A stretch of 64,000 nucleotides of DNA, taken from sequence record MT135026.1; one strand, written 5' to 3'. Positions 1 to 12,087 of this stretch are shown piece by piece. The translations under genes and the position numbers were made by a program. The notes under the pieces are model-generated. The model was not told where the DNA came from, did no database searches, and was given only the letters and a program-made list of their open reading frames with translations. Every line of letters starts with the position of its first letter. Position 1 is the stretch's first letter.

Positions 1-414
1 CACCACAGTTGGGAAAATTCCGTATACAGTTGCCGAAGTAGTCGGATCACCGTTACGGTCTAACTGTGTGATTGTACCAGTACGTTTGTACTGGTCAGGC
101 GTTTCACCTGAAATGTCTTTGCCTAAGCCTACAGCACGCGCTTGCCATGCCATAATTGCTTTGCGAATGTCGTGAGTTTCATCGTTGTACACAGTAACGT
201 TCCAATCGTCGAACGTACGGTCGCCCGCAATGTTGTACTTACGGTTTTGATATGAAACTTCCACTTTCTCAACACTGCCCGGCGGCATTGAAGAGGCGCG
301 ACATTGAAATTTAAAGTTCTGTCCCAGATACGGAATCTCAACTTCGAACAAGTTAGGACGAGCGAAATCACCGTTGCTGAAAGCTCTTTTAATGTTGTCT
401 ACATTAAGTGCCAT
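1..414 (-). CDS. 19: Tail tube protein gp19 (3' end runs off the window)
   Basis: Not in the ORF track; hand translation from ATG 414: MALNVDNIKRAFSNGDFARPNLFEVEIP...AGDRTFDDWNVTVYND, typical gp19 motifs; directly downstream of gp18. Confidence 0.95.
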   Translation of the reverse strand, partial: MALNVDNIKRAFSNGDFARPNLFEVEIPYLGQNFKFQCRASSMPPGSVEKVEVSYQNRKYNIAGDRTFDDWNVTVYNDETHDIRKAIMAWQARAVGLGKDISGETPDQYKRTGTITQLDRNGDPTTSATVYGIFPTVV

Positions 415-464
415 TTTCTCTTACCTTTTATTTAGAGGGGCTTTTTAGCCCCTCGTGATTGCTC

Positions 465-2480
465 TTAACCGATGATTTCTGCGAAGTCAGCGTCAGTTGA
501 CGTTGCTACGAAGTTCAGCGTAATGAAGTTGATTGACTTAGCAGGTTTCACGTAGATACTTGCCACAAACTCGTTTCTGTCGATGACAGAGCCAGGGTTG
601 TTAGTTTCATCACACACAACGCGGAAGTCGTATATGCCACCTAGATCTTGAATGTTAGTCAAGTAAGCGTCGATCTCTGACTTGAAGCTTGAGCGTGTGA
701 ACTCATCGTTCAATTCAAATAGGCGGTACTTAGCAGCGTCTGAGATTGCTTTCTTCAGCAAGTTGAACAGACGACGCACGTTGATGCGGTCAAATGCACT
801 TGCTTGCTGTGTAGCAGTCTTATCACCGTACAGTACGAAACCTTGACCAGCAAAGCCGACTACAGGGTTGATACCGATTTGATACAGTGCATCACGATGC
901 GCACGACGCAAGTCTACGGCCAGACGGTTTACGCCCTTGATCTGACCGCGGTTGAAGCCCGCTGGCGACATCCAAGGTTGTGATACTTGATCAGTGTACG
1001 CACATAGACCAGCAATATCACCTGCTAGTGGAACCCAGCGATTGCGGTCGTTGTACTTGTCGTATTGATACTTATAGTTGCCGTCAATCACTGCGTAAGT
1101 TGTGCTTACGTTTAGATTGTCAACTACTGCTTGACCATTCGTAGGGTCGATGCCCGTACGCCAGCCTTGAATATTCGCCACCGCAGTACCTGCTTGCTTG
1201 TTAACAATCAGTGACTGAGGCGGAGATACGAATACCACACAGTCTTGACGAACGTTACCAACTGAGTCAATCGCGTATTTCTGAACAGTTGAAGCAATTG
1301 AAACTTCTTCAGCCGCAGCGTTACCCGCAATAACTAGGTTAGTGTAAAGCACTTCTGGGTCAGATAGCATGTCTAGACCGAACATCCAATCGTCAGCACC
1401 TGCGTTAGCATCTGATCCACCACCGAAGTTGTACGCACCAGATTCAGTTTTCCATCCCTCTGCGATAGCAGTGATGTAAGCCGACCCACTGTTTTCAAAG
1501 TACTCATCAATGAAGATTGATTGACCGTTTACGTCTTTGTCGCCTGGGTTAGTCGAAACGATGAACGCTTCTTCAACTTCACCAGATACACGAACGATTA
1601 CAGCGTATTGATTGCTGTTCGACGGACCGAATGTGAAGTAGCTCGATAGGTTGATCGAACGTGTACCGCCATCTGGGTAGATTGGAAGTTCGATGTCGCC
1701 TAGTGTGTGACCCGCTGCGAATGCAAATGCAGTCTGATAATCAGCGTAGTTGATGATCTCTACTGAGATTGCATCACCAAAGTCGCCTACATAGCGTGCA
1801 GAAAGACGTGGGAAACCTTGCTTCTCGATTAGATCAGCGTATTTCAGCGCACCGCCTTCAGTTTCGATTGCTGTCAACGCATCAAAAGCAAGCTCGATGT
1901 TAGGGAAGTAAACTGAACCCGTGTCGATAATTTCAATGTTTGTTAGTGCAATGTCACCTTGAGTTGGCTGAAGTGTGATAGTACCTACACTCGGGTAGTT
2001 CCCGTCAGCTTTCGCAGCAGCGACGATTTCAGCAGAAGGCAAGAAAATCTTCGATGCAGCGTTGTTGTTACCAGCGTCAACTTCTAGAACTTTACCCTTT
2101 GCAGTTAGCGCACCAACGCCCGAGTAAGTGATTGTAATGTCATCACCCACAACACAACCGTTTGAAGCACCGATAGTGTATTCAACTGCGTTGTACAGCG
2201 GAGTCGCGTTCTGTGCAGTTGTTGCATCACAGATACGAACCAAACGCAGATCGTTACCATACTTCAAGAAGTTGTTTGCAGTCATGAATGAAGCTGCGGT
2301 ATAGTCGTTTGGACGACCGAAAATAGTAACCAAGTCAGACTCTGAAGTTACCTGAGTGATGCTGTAAGCTGGACCCCACTCAAATTTCCCCACCATAGCC
2401 GCACGACCTGTAGCCGCACGACCGATAGCACTTGCAAGGTTAATCTCTTTATTTTCGATGCCCGGAGATAAAAGAGTCAT
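465..2480 (-). CDS. 18: Tail sheath protein gp18
   Basis: 671 aa; MTLLSPGIENKEINL, GKFEWGPA, WMSPAGFNRG, FDRINVRRLF motifs. Confidence 0.98.
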   Translation of the reverse strand: MTLLSPGIENKEINLASAIGRAATGRAAMVGKFEWGPAYSITQVTSESDLVTIFGRPNDYTAASFMTANNFLKYGNDLRLVRICDATTAQNATPLYNAVEYTIGASNGCVVGDDITITYSGVGALTAKGKVLEVDAGNNNAASKIFLPSAEIVAAAKADGNYPSVGTITLQPTQGDIALTNIEIIDTGSVYFPNIELAFDALTAIETEGGALKYADLIEKQGFPRLSARYVGDFGDAISVEIINYADYQTAFAFAAGHTLGDIELPIYPDGGTRSINLSSYFTFGPSNSNQYAVIVRVSGEVEEAFIVSTNPGDKDVNGQSIFIDEYFENSGSAYITAIAEGWKTESGAYNFGGGSDANAGADDWMFGLDMLSDPEVLYTNLVIAGNAAAEEVSIASTVQKYAIDSVGNVRQDCVVFVSPPQSLIVNKQAGTAVANIQGWRTGIDPTNGQAVVDNLNVSTTYAVIDGNYKYQYDKYNDRNRWVPLAGDIAGLCAYTDQVSQPWMSPAGFNRGQIKGVNRLAVDLRRAHRDALYQIGINPVVGFAGQGFVLYGDKTATQQASAFDRINVRRLFNLLKKAISDAAKYRLFELNDEFTRSSFKSEIDAYLTNIQDLGGIYDFRVVCDETNNPGSVIDRNEFVASIYVKPAKSINFITLNFVATSTDADFAEIIG

Positions 2481-2517
2481 TTATTTTTCCTTACCATTAA
2501 GTTGTTTGTTCATTCAA

Positions 2518-2525
2518 TATTTATA
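2518..2525 (-). promoter_or_regulatory. T4-type late promoter (gp18)
   Basis: TATAAATA on the minus strand upstream of gene 18. Confidence 0.85.
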
Positions 2526-2526
2526 A

Positions 2527-4837
<2,311 letters not shown>

Positions 4838-4948
4838 ACGTTCCTCTCTAAAACGCTCTATGAGCGTCTTTTCAATAATATGAGTACAAACACTCAATAA
4901 AATAGACAAACGCTGCGTACGAGCTGCACACAGCGTTAAACTAAGCAT

Positions 4949-5497
4949 TTAAGCGTCAGTGTCACCGCGCAATGAGATTGTTGCAGTTTCTGCCGCTGCC
5001 GCTGCACCCGGACTGATTGTACGACGAACCCAAACGGCGCGTTGTTCACCTGCTTGTAGATTACCGATGTCTAGACCTGATGCAAAATCAGAATGTTCAC
5101 CGAATACTACCGCAGACAATTCATTACCTGAGTCAACTTCATCATCTAGCAAGATCAGCGAGTCAACGCCATTGCCTGCTACAGGGTCCAGGCCGATTTC
5201 GATTGTTGAATCTGGCGATGCTGTATTTGCAAAGATGAATACTTTCGCATCATACAGTGTCAATGTAGCGTGTGTGTTCTGTACGTAAATCAAACGATAC
5301 TCAACACGTCCTGATGCTGCTTCCGCTGACGGCACAGCATCAAAAAGACCGTGCAATTCACCAGACACTAATTCAGTAGCACTAATACCGCCACCAAGTG
5401 AATCAATTTCTAGATCATGCGTATTGCCGTTACCCGGTCCCGCTGCAACTACGTGCAGACTTTTCTTAAATTTCAAATCACCTGTTACGATAGGCAT
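4949..5497 (-). CDS. Conserved phage protein, probable virion accessory (182 aa)
   Basis: SLGGGISAT...LFDAVPSAEAASGRVEYRLIYVQN; late-promoter-like TCTAAATA upstream (5532-5539); sits between gp15 and gp16. Confidence 0.8.
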   Translation of the reverse strand: MPIVTGDLKFKKSLHVVAAGPGNGNTHDLEIDSLGGGISATELVSGELHGLFDAVPSAEAASGRVEYRLIYVQNTHATLTLYDAKVFIFANTASPDSTIEIGLDPVAGNGVDSLILLDDEVDSGNELSAVVFGEHSDFASGLDIGNLQAGEQRAVWVRRTISPGAAAAAETATISLRGDTDA

Positions 5498-5551
5498 TGT
5501 TAGCTCTCCAAAAAGATAAGGATGGTCTTCATATTTAGAAGACCATCCGTA

Positions 5552-6904
5552 TTAGTTTTCAATGTTGTACGTCACGTCAGTGAAGTTCCAAGCAAGTTCA
5601 CCCGGTAGGTAGTACATTTCGTAGCTGCTTGTTACTTGTGAAGACATGTTGTAGTTAATATCAGTAGATGCCGATAGTTCAGAACGTGTTGACCAATCTA
5701 TGTCATTGACCGATGTTACGACTGCGCGAGTCGACCAATCTATGTCTGACACTGCTTCAACATATTGAGAACGATTCCAATCAACATCTAAGCTACTTTC
5801 AGCAATTGCACCCTCTGACCACTGAATGTCGGTGTTGAGTTCAACAAACCCACGTGTATCCCAGTTGATTGCCAGTTCATTAGAAGCAATAGGTGATACG
5901 CCCCAAGGCGATTCGTACGTGCTTTCAATGATCTGACGGTTGTACCAGTCAACATCGTAGTCTCGACCGACGACATCACGAATATTCCAATCAACCAATA
6001 GCTCAGAACTCGCGCTTGAACGTGTTGACCAATCAATTTGCAATGCATCTGTGATGCTGAATCGACGATTCCAGTCAATTTCAAGATCGCTGACAATATC
6101 GCCACGTGTATTCCATACAAGACCGTATAGACTATCAACGCTATGACGCCACCCGAACGTATTAAGTGCTTCAACCTCTGAGCGAACTTTCCAAAGAATG
6201 TCGTAAGAGCTTGTAACTGCTTCGCGCTCTGCGTGAATGATCGTTTGTTCTTCATCTTGAAAGTTTAGGTAAATCGTTCTGATTTCACCAAACTGTGCGT
6301 TTGTAGGCGGATATAGCCAACCTTTCATTCGCAAGTTAAGCGTCCATTCGATGTGTCTCATATCACCAGCCGCACCCTCGAACGTTGTCTCAGGAACAGC
6401 CGATTCTAAGATGATCGGAATATCACGCTGGTCTACCACAACTTCATTTTCATCAAGCTCTTTGATCATTGTATTGAACTGAGGTTGAAAATATGGTAGT
6501 ATTTGTTCTATAATCTGAAATGCATCATCCTGATGTCGCGTATAAACGCTCACTTCAAATTCGAAGTCGTAAGGGACAGGGTTAAACAACTTGTTCGACT
6601 TAGGTCGGTCTCCCGTAAAGTCACGTGTCAGCTTACGATTTGCAATGTTTGTCTTTCGAGTAGCGTCATACGTACACGAAACCATGTCCAAGCCAATTCT
6701 TGGTAGCAGCGTAGCTACATTTGCCACGCTACCGTCGCCGTTAAGCTCTTGACTGTTCAAAGATGCAACAAAGTGCTCCTTTGATGAAACTGTAATTGGC
6801 ACCTTTCTATACCCGTCTCCGCGAGACACGTATATGTTAGAGAACAAGTTTCCCATCAAGAGAACGTATTTTCGTATCGATCTGTGATAGAAATACCCTT
6901 TCAC
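5552..6904 (-). CDS. 15: Tail sheath stabilizer/terminator gp15 with a long Trp-repeat C-terminal extension
   Basis: YFYHRSIRKYVLLMGNLFSNI, VPYDFEFEVSVYTRHQDDAFQIIEQILPYFQP; about 210 aa of 14-residue repeats at the C-terminus. Confidence 0.95.
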   Translation of the reverse strand: MKGYFYHRSIRKYVLLMGNLFSNIYVSRGDGYRKVPITVSSKEHFVASLNSQELNGDGSVANVATLLPRIGLDMVSCTYDATRKTNIANRKLTRDFTGDRPKSNKLFNPVPYDFEFEVSVYTRHQDDAFQIIEQILPYFQPQFNTMIKELDENEVVVDQRDIPIILESAVPETTFEGAAGDMRHIEWTLNLRMKGWLYPPTNAQFGEIRTIYLNFQDEEQTIIHAEREAVTSSYDILWKVRSEVEALNTFGWRHSVDSLYGLVWNTRGDIVSDLEIDWNRRFSITDALQIDWSTRSSASSELLVDWNIRDVVGRDYDVDWYNRQIIESTYESPWGVSPIASNELAINWDTRGFVELNTDIQWSEGAIAESSLDVDWNRSQYVEAVSDIDWSTRAVVTSVNDIDWSTRSELSASTDINYNMSSQVTSSYEMYYLPGELAWNFTDVTYNIEN

Positions 6905-6913
6905 GATGCCCCC

Positions 6914-7750
6914 TTAAAAACTGTCGAATGGATTACTGTTATTTACATTGAAACCAATCGTTGCGTTGCGCGGGTCTGTAGGCTGAACGTCACTGCCGCT
7001 AGGCACGACTTGCTCAGACTCATAGAACTTGTCAACTTCATCTTCGATTTGAGTAATTTCAGCACCTTGTTCGATACCAATATCCCAACGCCCGTCAAGT
7101 GCATTGATTTTGTCAATGTCAATCATTTCGTCAGTATCTTCTCCAAAGTTTAGAATATCGTCAATTGAATCAATGACTGCCTCTGGCTTCTCAAGATTAA
7201 TTTCTTCACCAGAGTAAACGAATTTGGTCATTTTCATCTTGCGCATAGGTAAAACACCGTTCATATACCACGGGTCTTCGCGCTCAATCCAACTAATCTC
7301 AAAAAGACTATTTGCAAGCGGGAAGTAAATTAAATCACCCATTAACGGCTGCTTACCGTCGCCTTGTTGAGCGAATAATTTCGGGTTGATACAGACGTTC
7401 ATTTCATCATTCACTTGAAATCCGAATTTACTGTACCAATCGCCGTCACCATCCCACCCCTCAAATGATTCGACGTAAAGAGACATTCGAAAGTTCTGAG
7501 TGAATTTACTCATTGGGTCTTCGCCGAACACAAGATCGACTTTTTCCATTTCTCTTCGCAGATACACACATTCAACCCCTCGGTTGATGATTGATTCTGC
7601 TACGAGCATGTCAGTTAGATTCTGCTCATTAGTATGATTCACCCAGTTAAAATAAGGGTTGACCAAGTGATTGTTGTAAATCTGGTCATACCCTTTTTGA
7701 CTTTCTAACTTAGCGAACATACCACCCGTATTAGTGTCGTATGCTCCCAT
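6914..7750 (-). CDS. 14: Neck protein gp14
   Basis: NPYFNWVNHTNEQNL, DLVFGEDPMSKF, GDLIYFPLANSLFEISWIE. Confidence 0.95.
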   Translation of the reverse strand: MGAYDTNTGGMFAKLESQKGYDQIYNNHLVNPYFNWVNHTNEQNLTDMLVAESIINRGVECVYLRREMEKVDLVFGEDPMSKFTQNFRMSLYVESFEGWDGDGDWYSKFGFQVNDEMNVCINPKLFAQQGDGKQPLMGDLIYFPLANSLFEISWIEREDPWYMNGVLPMRKMKMTKFVYSGEEINLEKPEAVIDSIDDILNFGEDTDEMIDIDKINALDGRWDIGIEQGAEITQIEDEVDKFYESEQVVPSGSDVQPTDPRNATIGFNVNNSNPFDSF

Positions 7751-7753
7751 AAA

Positions 7754-8677
7754 TCACCCCATGAATACGCCTAGCGGAACAGTCAATGACATTAGCTCTT
7801 CACGTAGCCTCTCAATCTCTTGAGTTGCCTCATCGTAAATTTCCTTACCATCAATTGTAATTCCACCTGGCAATTGCAACCCTTGATGTTTCTTCAAGAT
7901 AATGCCGTTCATTTGCTTAGTCATAGCGGTTGCCATGTCTTTAACCCAGCGAACTGAATAAGCATTTTGTTCAGCGAATTGGTTCGGGTTACCGATTGTG
8001 TTGTTCTGACGAAGAATGCTGTATGGGTCATCCCAACGCTCTTGTGCAGTCGTATCTTCATATGAGCCGATAGTAGCTGCTTTGTTACCAATAATACCAG
8101 TTGCTGATTCAGAAACCAACAACGCGCTAGGAACAAATGCTTCAACTACAATAAGCTCACCTGCACTCAAGTTTGCATTGATTCGAAGCTGCTTGTTTAC
8201 GCCATTATACCAATAATCGTATTCAGGCGATAACAAGTCAGTCAACATATTTTTGTATGACATCAAGTTCCAGTAATCACTTAGACTACCTTGACCTAAC
8301 ATCCCCTGATGATATGAGTTACACGACCCCGCACCGGGACCGCCAGCTAGACCTTGTAGAAAATCACTAAACCATGAGTAAGTAGCATTACCATCCATAG
8401 TGAAAAACGAACTTTCTGCACGCAAAATCTTAGTGATAGCAGTCGCAGGGATATCCAAGTCGATGATGCCTGTCTTAGCTTGCTCTTCAGATAATGAAAT
8501 GATAGAATACGTTTTATTAACACCGTCTGGATGATACTCAATGTATAATTCAAGCGCACGAGAAATACAGTCGTATACCTGATCTTCAGATACTTCGACG
8601 TTGACAATAGGCGCACCTAGGCGCCTTAAAATCAAATCTTTCATTTCACGAGGCGATGTGGCGTTATACGCTTGCAT
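7754..8677 (-). CDS. 13: Neck protein gp13
   Basis: ILRRLGAPIVNVEV, QLPGGITIDG. Confidence 0.95.
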   Translation of the reverse strand: MQAYNATSPREMKDLILRRLGAPIVNVEVSEDQVYDCISRALELYIEYHPDGVNKTYSIISLSEEQAKTGIIDLDIPATAITKILRAESSFFTMDGNATYSWFSDFLQGLAGGPGAGSCNSYHQGMLGQGSLSDYWNLMSYKNMLTDLLSPEYDYWYNGVNKQLRINANLSAGELIVVEAFVPSALLVSESATGIIGNKAATIGSYEDTTAQERWDDPYSILRQNNTIGNPNQFAEQNAYSVRWVKDMATAMTKQMNGIILKKHQGLQLPGGITIDGKEIYDEATQEIERLREELMSLTVPLGVFMG

Positions 8678-8687
8678 AAATTACCCC

Positions 8688-10367
8688 TTATAGTTGCATG
8701 AAGAACGATTCGTGTTCAATCGTAACGTTTGCCGCAGTACTAGCAAGAATACTAATGTCACCAGTGTCTTCAATGTCAGCAACGTGAACAATATTGATCG
8801 GCGTAACTGCACCTGCACGAAGCGTACGTGTTTTTTCAATAGTAACACTACCAGACGGATTGACAATATCAATCTTAATCGTAAGTGTTGTTGTAGTTGG
8901 CGAAACAACTACCCAGTTCAACATGATCGGCTTTTTAATACCAAGACCAGTTCTAGTCAAAACACCACCTGTGTATGTGAAACCACTTACGTCTGATTCA
9001 ACGTTGAATAAACTGAACATGTCTGTCGGTGTTGTTGTCAACGATGCCGTGTTTGGCGTGTCTGAAGTCAACATTGCATAATCCAAGTTGGCTTCAAGCT
9101 CAAGAACACGAGCACGCAAAGTACCCACTTCAGTATCACTCTGACCGACTACAGTCAATAGACCATCAACATCCGACTGAGCTGAGTCAATCAGACCACG
9201 GTTTTCTTGAATAGTGTACCACGCTGTGAATTCAACCGGACTATCGCGATCCCCTAGACTAGCCTCTAATCCTGCCACTCTGTACGACACTGTGCCAGTC
9301 TCTGCGTCAGTAGCCCCTAAACGGCTCCATAGATTAGAAATGTCGTCGTTAAACGTCGATAGACGAGCTTTAACCGTACCTGCATACACGTCACCTACTG
9401 AGTACGAGCCAAGGTCAGTTGTAATGTCATTAATTGACTGAGCATTAGCCGTGATTTGAGTCTGACCGTCTGAAATTGCAGTTTCATTAGCCGAAACGCG
9501 ATCAATTAGACCAGTTGTTGGAGTTTCGATTTCTTGTTGCAACAAATTTATGTCTGATGAGTTGTCACTAATCGCACTCTCTGCGTCGTCAAGGCGCAAA
9601 TAAATCGTACGAGCAGGATCTGCATCTTGAGAATCGCCGATTTCGCTACGAAGTTCAGCAACGTCACCAACTTGTGAGTTTTGCTCCAACTCATACAGAC
9701 GACCATTGATTGTCAACGGGATTGTGTTTTCACCAATTTCAGCATTGATTGTTGCAGTTTTGTTGTACAAATCTTCAATCTGATATTTCATACCAGTTGG
9801 GTTTGTACTCGGAGATGAATTCCCGTTGACATCGTAGTTACGGTCGTTACCGATACGACGTTTGATGAAATACAAGTCTTTACGAATCGTGTCATTATTC
9901 TCAACGTCATTTGGGATGTCATTTGGGTTACGAACACCAATATCAGCTTCGATGTCTTCAGCGCGACGATATAAACCGGTTGCCATAACATCAATAGTAG
10001 ACGGTACACCAACATTGTCTTGAAGATCATCTACTTGATTTTCAAGAACATCAATATCGAATTCAGTCTGAGAAACACGAGCACCAAGGTTTGCGTCGCC
10101 ACCACCCGTCAGTTCGTTTACGGTATCGACAAGTTCTTCGATTGTCGTTTGCTGTGCTTTTGTATTATAATGTGTGTTCAGAACGTTTTCTTGGATCTGT
10201 ACTCCTGCGCGGTTTAGCACACCGTCAGAAACCGTGTCACCAGAAGCACCATTGATGCTTTCACCATTCTTAGCCCAGTTAATTCGAGTTTGATCGGGAC
10301 GTTGAGAAGGATCTGGTTGACCATTTACATATCTAAGCTCTGTAATGATAGGCTTTTGAATTGTCAT
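8688..10367 (-). CDS. wac: Fibritin (neck whiskers)
   Basis: QTRINWAKNGE, GVLNRAGVQIQEN N-terminal domain followed by long coiled coil; position between 12 and 13; TATAAATA upstream. Confidence 0.92.
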   Translation of the reverse strand: MTIQKPIITELRYVNGQPDPSQRPDQTRINWAKNGESINGASGDTVSDGVLNRAGVQIQENVLNTHYNTKAQQTTIEELVDTVNELTGGGDANLGARVSQTEFDIDVLENQVDDLQDNVGVPSTIDVMATGLYRRAEDIEADIGVRNPNDIPNDVENNDTIRKDLYFIKRRIGNDRNYDVNGNSSPSTNPTGMKYQIEDLYNKTATINAEIGENTIPLTINGRLYELEQNSQVGDVAELRSEIGDSQDADPARTIYLRLDDAESAISDNSSDINLLQQEIETPTTGLIDRVSANETAISDGQTQITANAQSINDITTDLGSYSVGDVYAGTVKARLSTFNDDISNLWSRLGATDAETGTVSYRVAGLEASLGDRDSPVEFTAWYTIQENRGLIDSAQSDVDGLLTVVGQSDTEVGTLRARVLELEANLDYAMLTSDTPNTASLTTTPTDMFSLFNVESDVSGFTYTGGVLTRTGLGIKKPIMLNWVVVSPTTTTLTIKIDIVNPSGSVTIEKTRTLRAGAVTPINIVHVADIEDTGDISILASTAANVTIEHESFFMQL

Positions 10368-10406
10368 TTTTGTTCCCTTGTATTGTAAATGAACATAGCT
10401 TACTAC

Positions 10407-10414
10407 TATTTATA
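10407..10414 (-). promoter_or_regulatory. T4-type late promoter (wac)
   Basis: TATAAATA. Confidence 0.85.
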
Positions 10415-10506
10415 GCAATACAAAGGATCAAGGAGGGAGATGTCTTTATGCGTTTATAATAGCAGGCACATTCATGGGTTTAAACAAGTATTTAATACTA
10501 ATCATA

Positions 10507-10593
10507 CTAATATCTCTAACTTCACTAAAACCACTAATACTACTAAGATGAGACGGAATTTTTCCGCCTCGATCCGTTTCTACCGCTTCGCTC
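10507..10593 (-). repeat. 87-bp intergenic element, copy 1
   Basis: Reverse-complement homolog of 36510-36597; 43/45 identity in the core. Confidence 0.85.
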
Positions 10594-10665
10594 ATACAAA
10601 AAAGGGTGAGAAATCAATCTCACCCGTTTATTAGCATTGACTTTCAAGCTATACTATGCTTGTCT

Positions 10666-12087
10666 TTATGCAGTTCTTTCCCACATGTAAACAGTATAGT
10701 ATGGCTGTACGTTGTTGTGCGCTTGGTTACCACCGACTGGTGATGTGTAGTATAGATAGTTGTCACTGTCTGTTCTACGAGAACCTGGGTTGTTACGACC
10801 GTATTGCTTCGCAACACCAAATCCTATACCATTACCATCGTAATGTTCACCCCAGCCAGCGTGTTTATGAGCAGGGATTGTTGCTTCAGTTAGCTGAACT
10901 TCATACTCGCCGCCAGTTTGGCGAACTGCAAAAGTTCTCCCGCCATATGAACCCTCTGAAACAAGAACACGACCTTGTGCCAATCTAGCCCATGTACCAC
11001 CGAAAAGTGTAGCCGGTGATGTTGATACTAACGACATGTAAACTGAACCGACTGGATACATATTAAGCATTGCTTGCGATTCAATTAGACCATTAGTCAT
11101 CAACTGAGTTCCGCCAACTGACTGAACATTGTTGATCTTCAGGGTACCCGTGACTGTACCACCTGCATCGCCAATCTTCTCGTTGTTCAACTTATAACCC
11201 ATTGCTGCGCTTAGAGCTTGTAACGGATCATTCGTCGTCAGGTTATTTGCTATTTTAGCAACACCCACACGAGAACTATTTGCACTGAATAGATTCAATG
11301 TGCCCACTGTAACTGCATGTTCGTTCGACGCACGAGCGTTGGCAACTGTAGCGTCGGGTAGATAAAACCCTGCCTTACGAGTCGTAGTTGCTGTTCTAAA
11401 GTTAAAACGATATGGCGAAATTGCCAAGTTATCTTCAGTCGCTAATGTACTGTTGACTTCAGTCCCGTTTGCTAGTCGAATCAACCCTTTTGTAGTTTCG
11501 GATGCGTCTGATGCAGTTGTATTTGCCCACACGTCAAGCATTTCTTTAACTCGCTGCGGCGTCATTGCTACAGTCGTTGAAAGTGTGCCTGTTGTCGTTG
11601 CTTGCGCGTTCGTCGCTAGACGCACAGCACCTGGGTCAGATTCAGTCGCGTAAAATCTAGTATTAAGAGCATAGTTCAGCGTTTTTAACGTGAATGCGTG
11701 CTTTTGTGCAGCTTCTACGGGATCTGACGGTGCTACTGTGTCGATTGTGCTTTCGGTTATCAGCTTTACGAAACCATACTGCAATTCAGTTGCAGTTGCG
11801 TGATTTTGCATCCAATAATCAAGCGAACTTGGCGTAACCGCGCTATCTGTGTTTAGCGGGTCAACTACAGCGGCTTCATCACTTAATTTCGTAATACCAG
11901 CCACAGTCGTTGACGCGACTGGATAATCAGGTAACGGATGAACAGCGTGATCTTGAATCAATTCAAGGCACGTCTGAAGATCATCGTTGCCGCCAGTCTG
12001 CCCGTCAAAGGCAGTACCAGCGACTTCAACTGTAACCGTACCCGCATCATCAATCACGTGATTGAAAATTTGAGTTCCTTTACTCAT
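10666..12087 (-). CDS. 12: Short tail fibre gp12
   Basis: AST/ATT repeat segments, YPVGSVY collar motif, C-terminal HxH metal site and HNNVQPYYTVYMWERTA. Confidence 0.9.
   Translation of the reverse strand: MSKGTQIFNHVIDDAGTVTVEVAGTAFDGQTGGNDDLQTCLELIQDHAVHPLPDYPVASTTVAGITKLSDEAAVVDPLNTDSAVTPSSLDYWMQNHATATELQYGFVKLITESTIDTVAPSDPVEAAQKHAFTLKTLNYALNTRFYATESDPGAVRLATNAQATTTGTLSTTVAMTPQRVKEMLDVWANTTASDASETTKGLIRLANGTEVNSTLATEDNLAISPYRFNFRTATTTRKAGFYLPDATVANARASNEHAVTVGTLNLFSANSSRVGVAKIANNLTTNDPLQALSAAMGYKLNNEKIGDAGGTVTGTLKINNVQSVGGTQLMTNGLIESQAMLNMYPVGSVYMSLVSTSPATLFGGTWARLAQGRVLVSEGSYGGRTFAVRQTGGEYEVQLTEATIPAHKHAGWGEHYDGNGIGFGVAKQYGRNNPGSRRTDSDNYLYYTSPVGGNQAHNNVQPYYTVYMWERTA

Noticed and set aside
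129-371. 80-aa ORF in the track
   Set aside because: Wrong frame; the real gene is gp19 in another frame (414 to 1).
5520-5550. 11-bp inverted repeat with a late-promoter-like octamer in its loop
   Set aside because: Adequately explained as a terminator overlapping a late promoter, a common compact arrangement.
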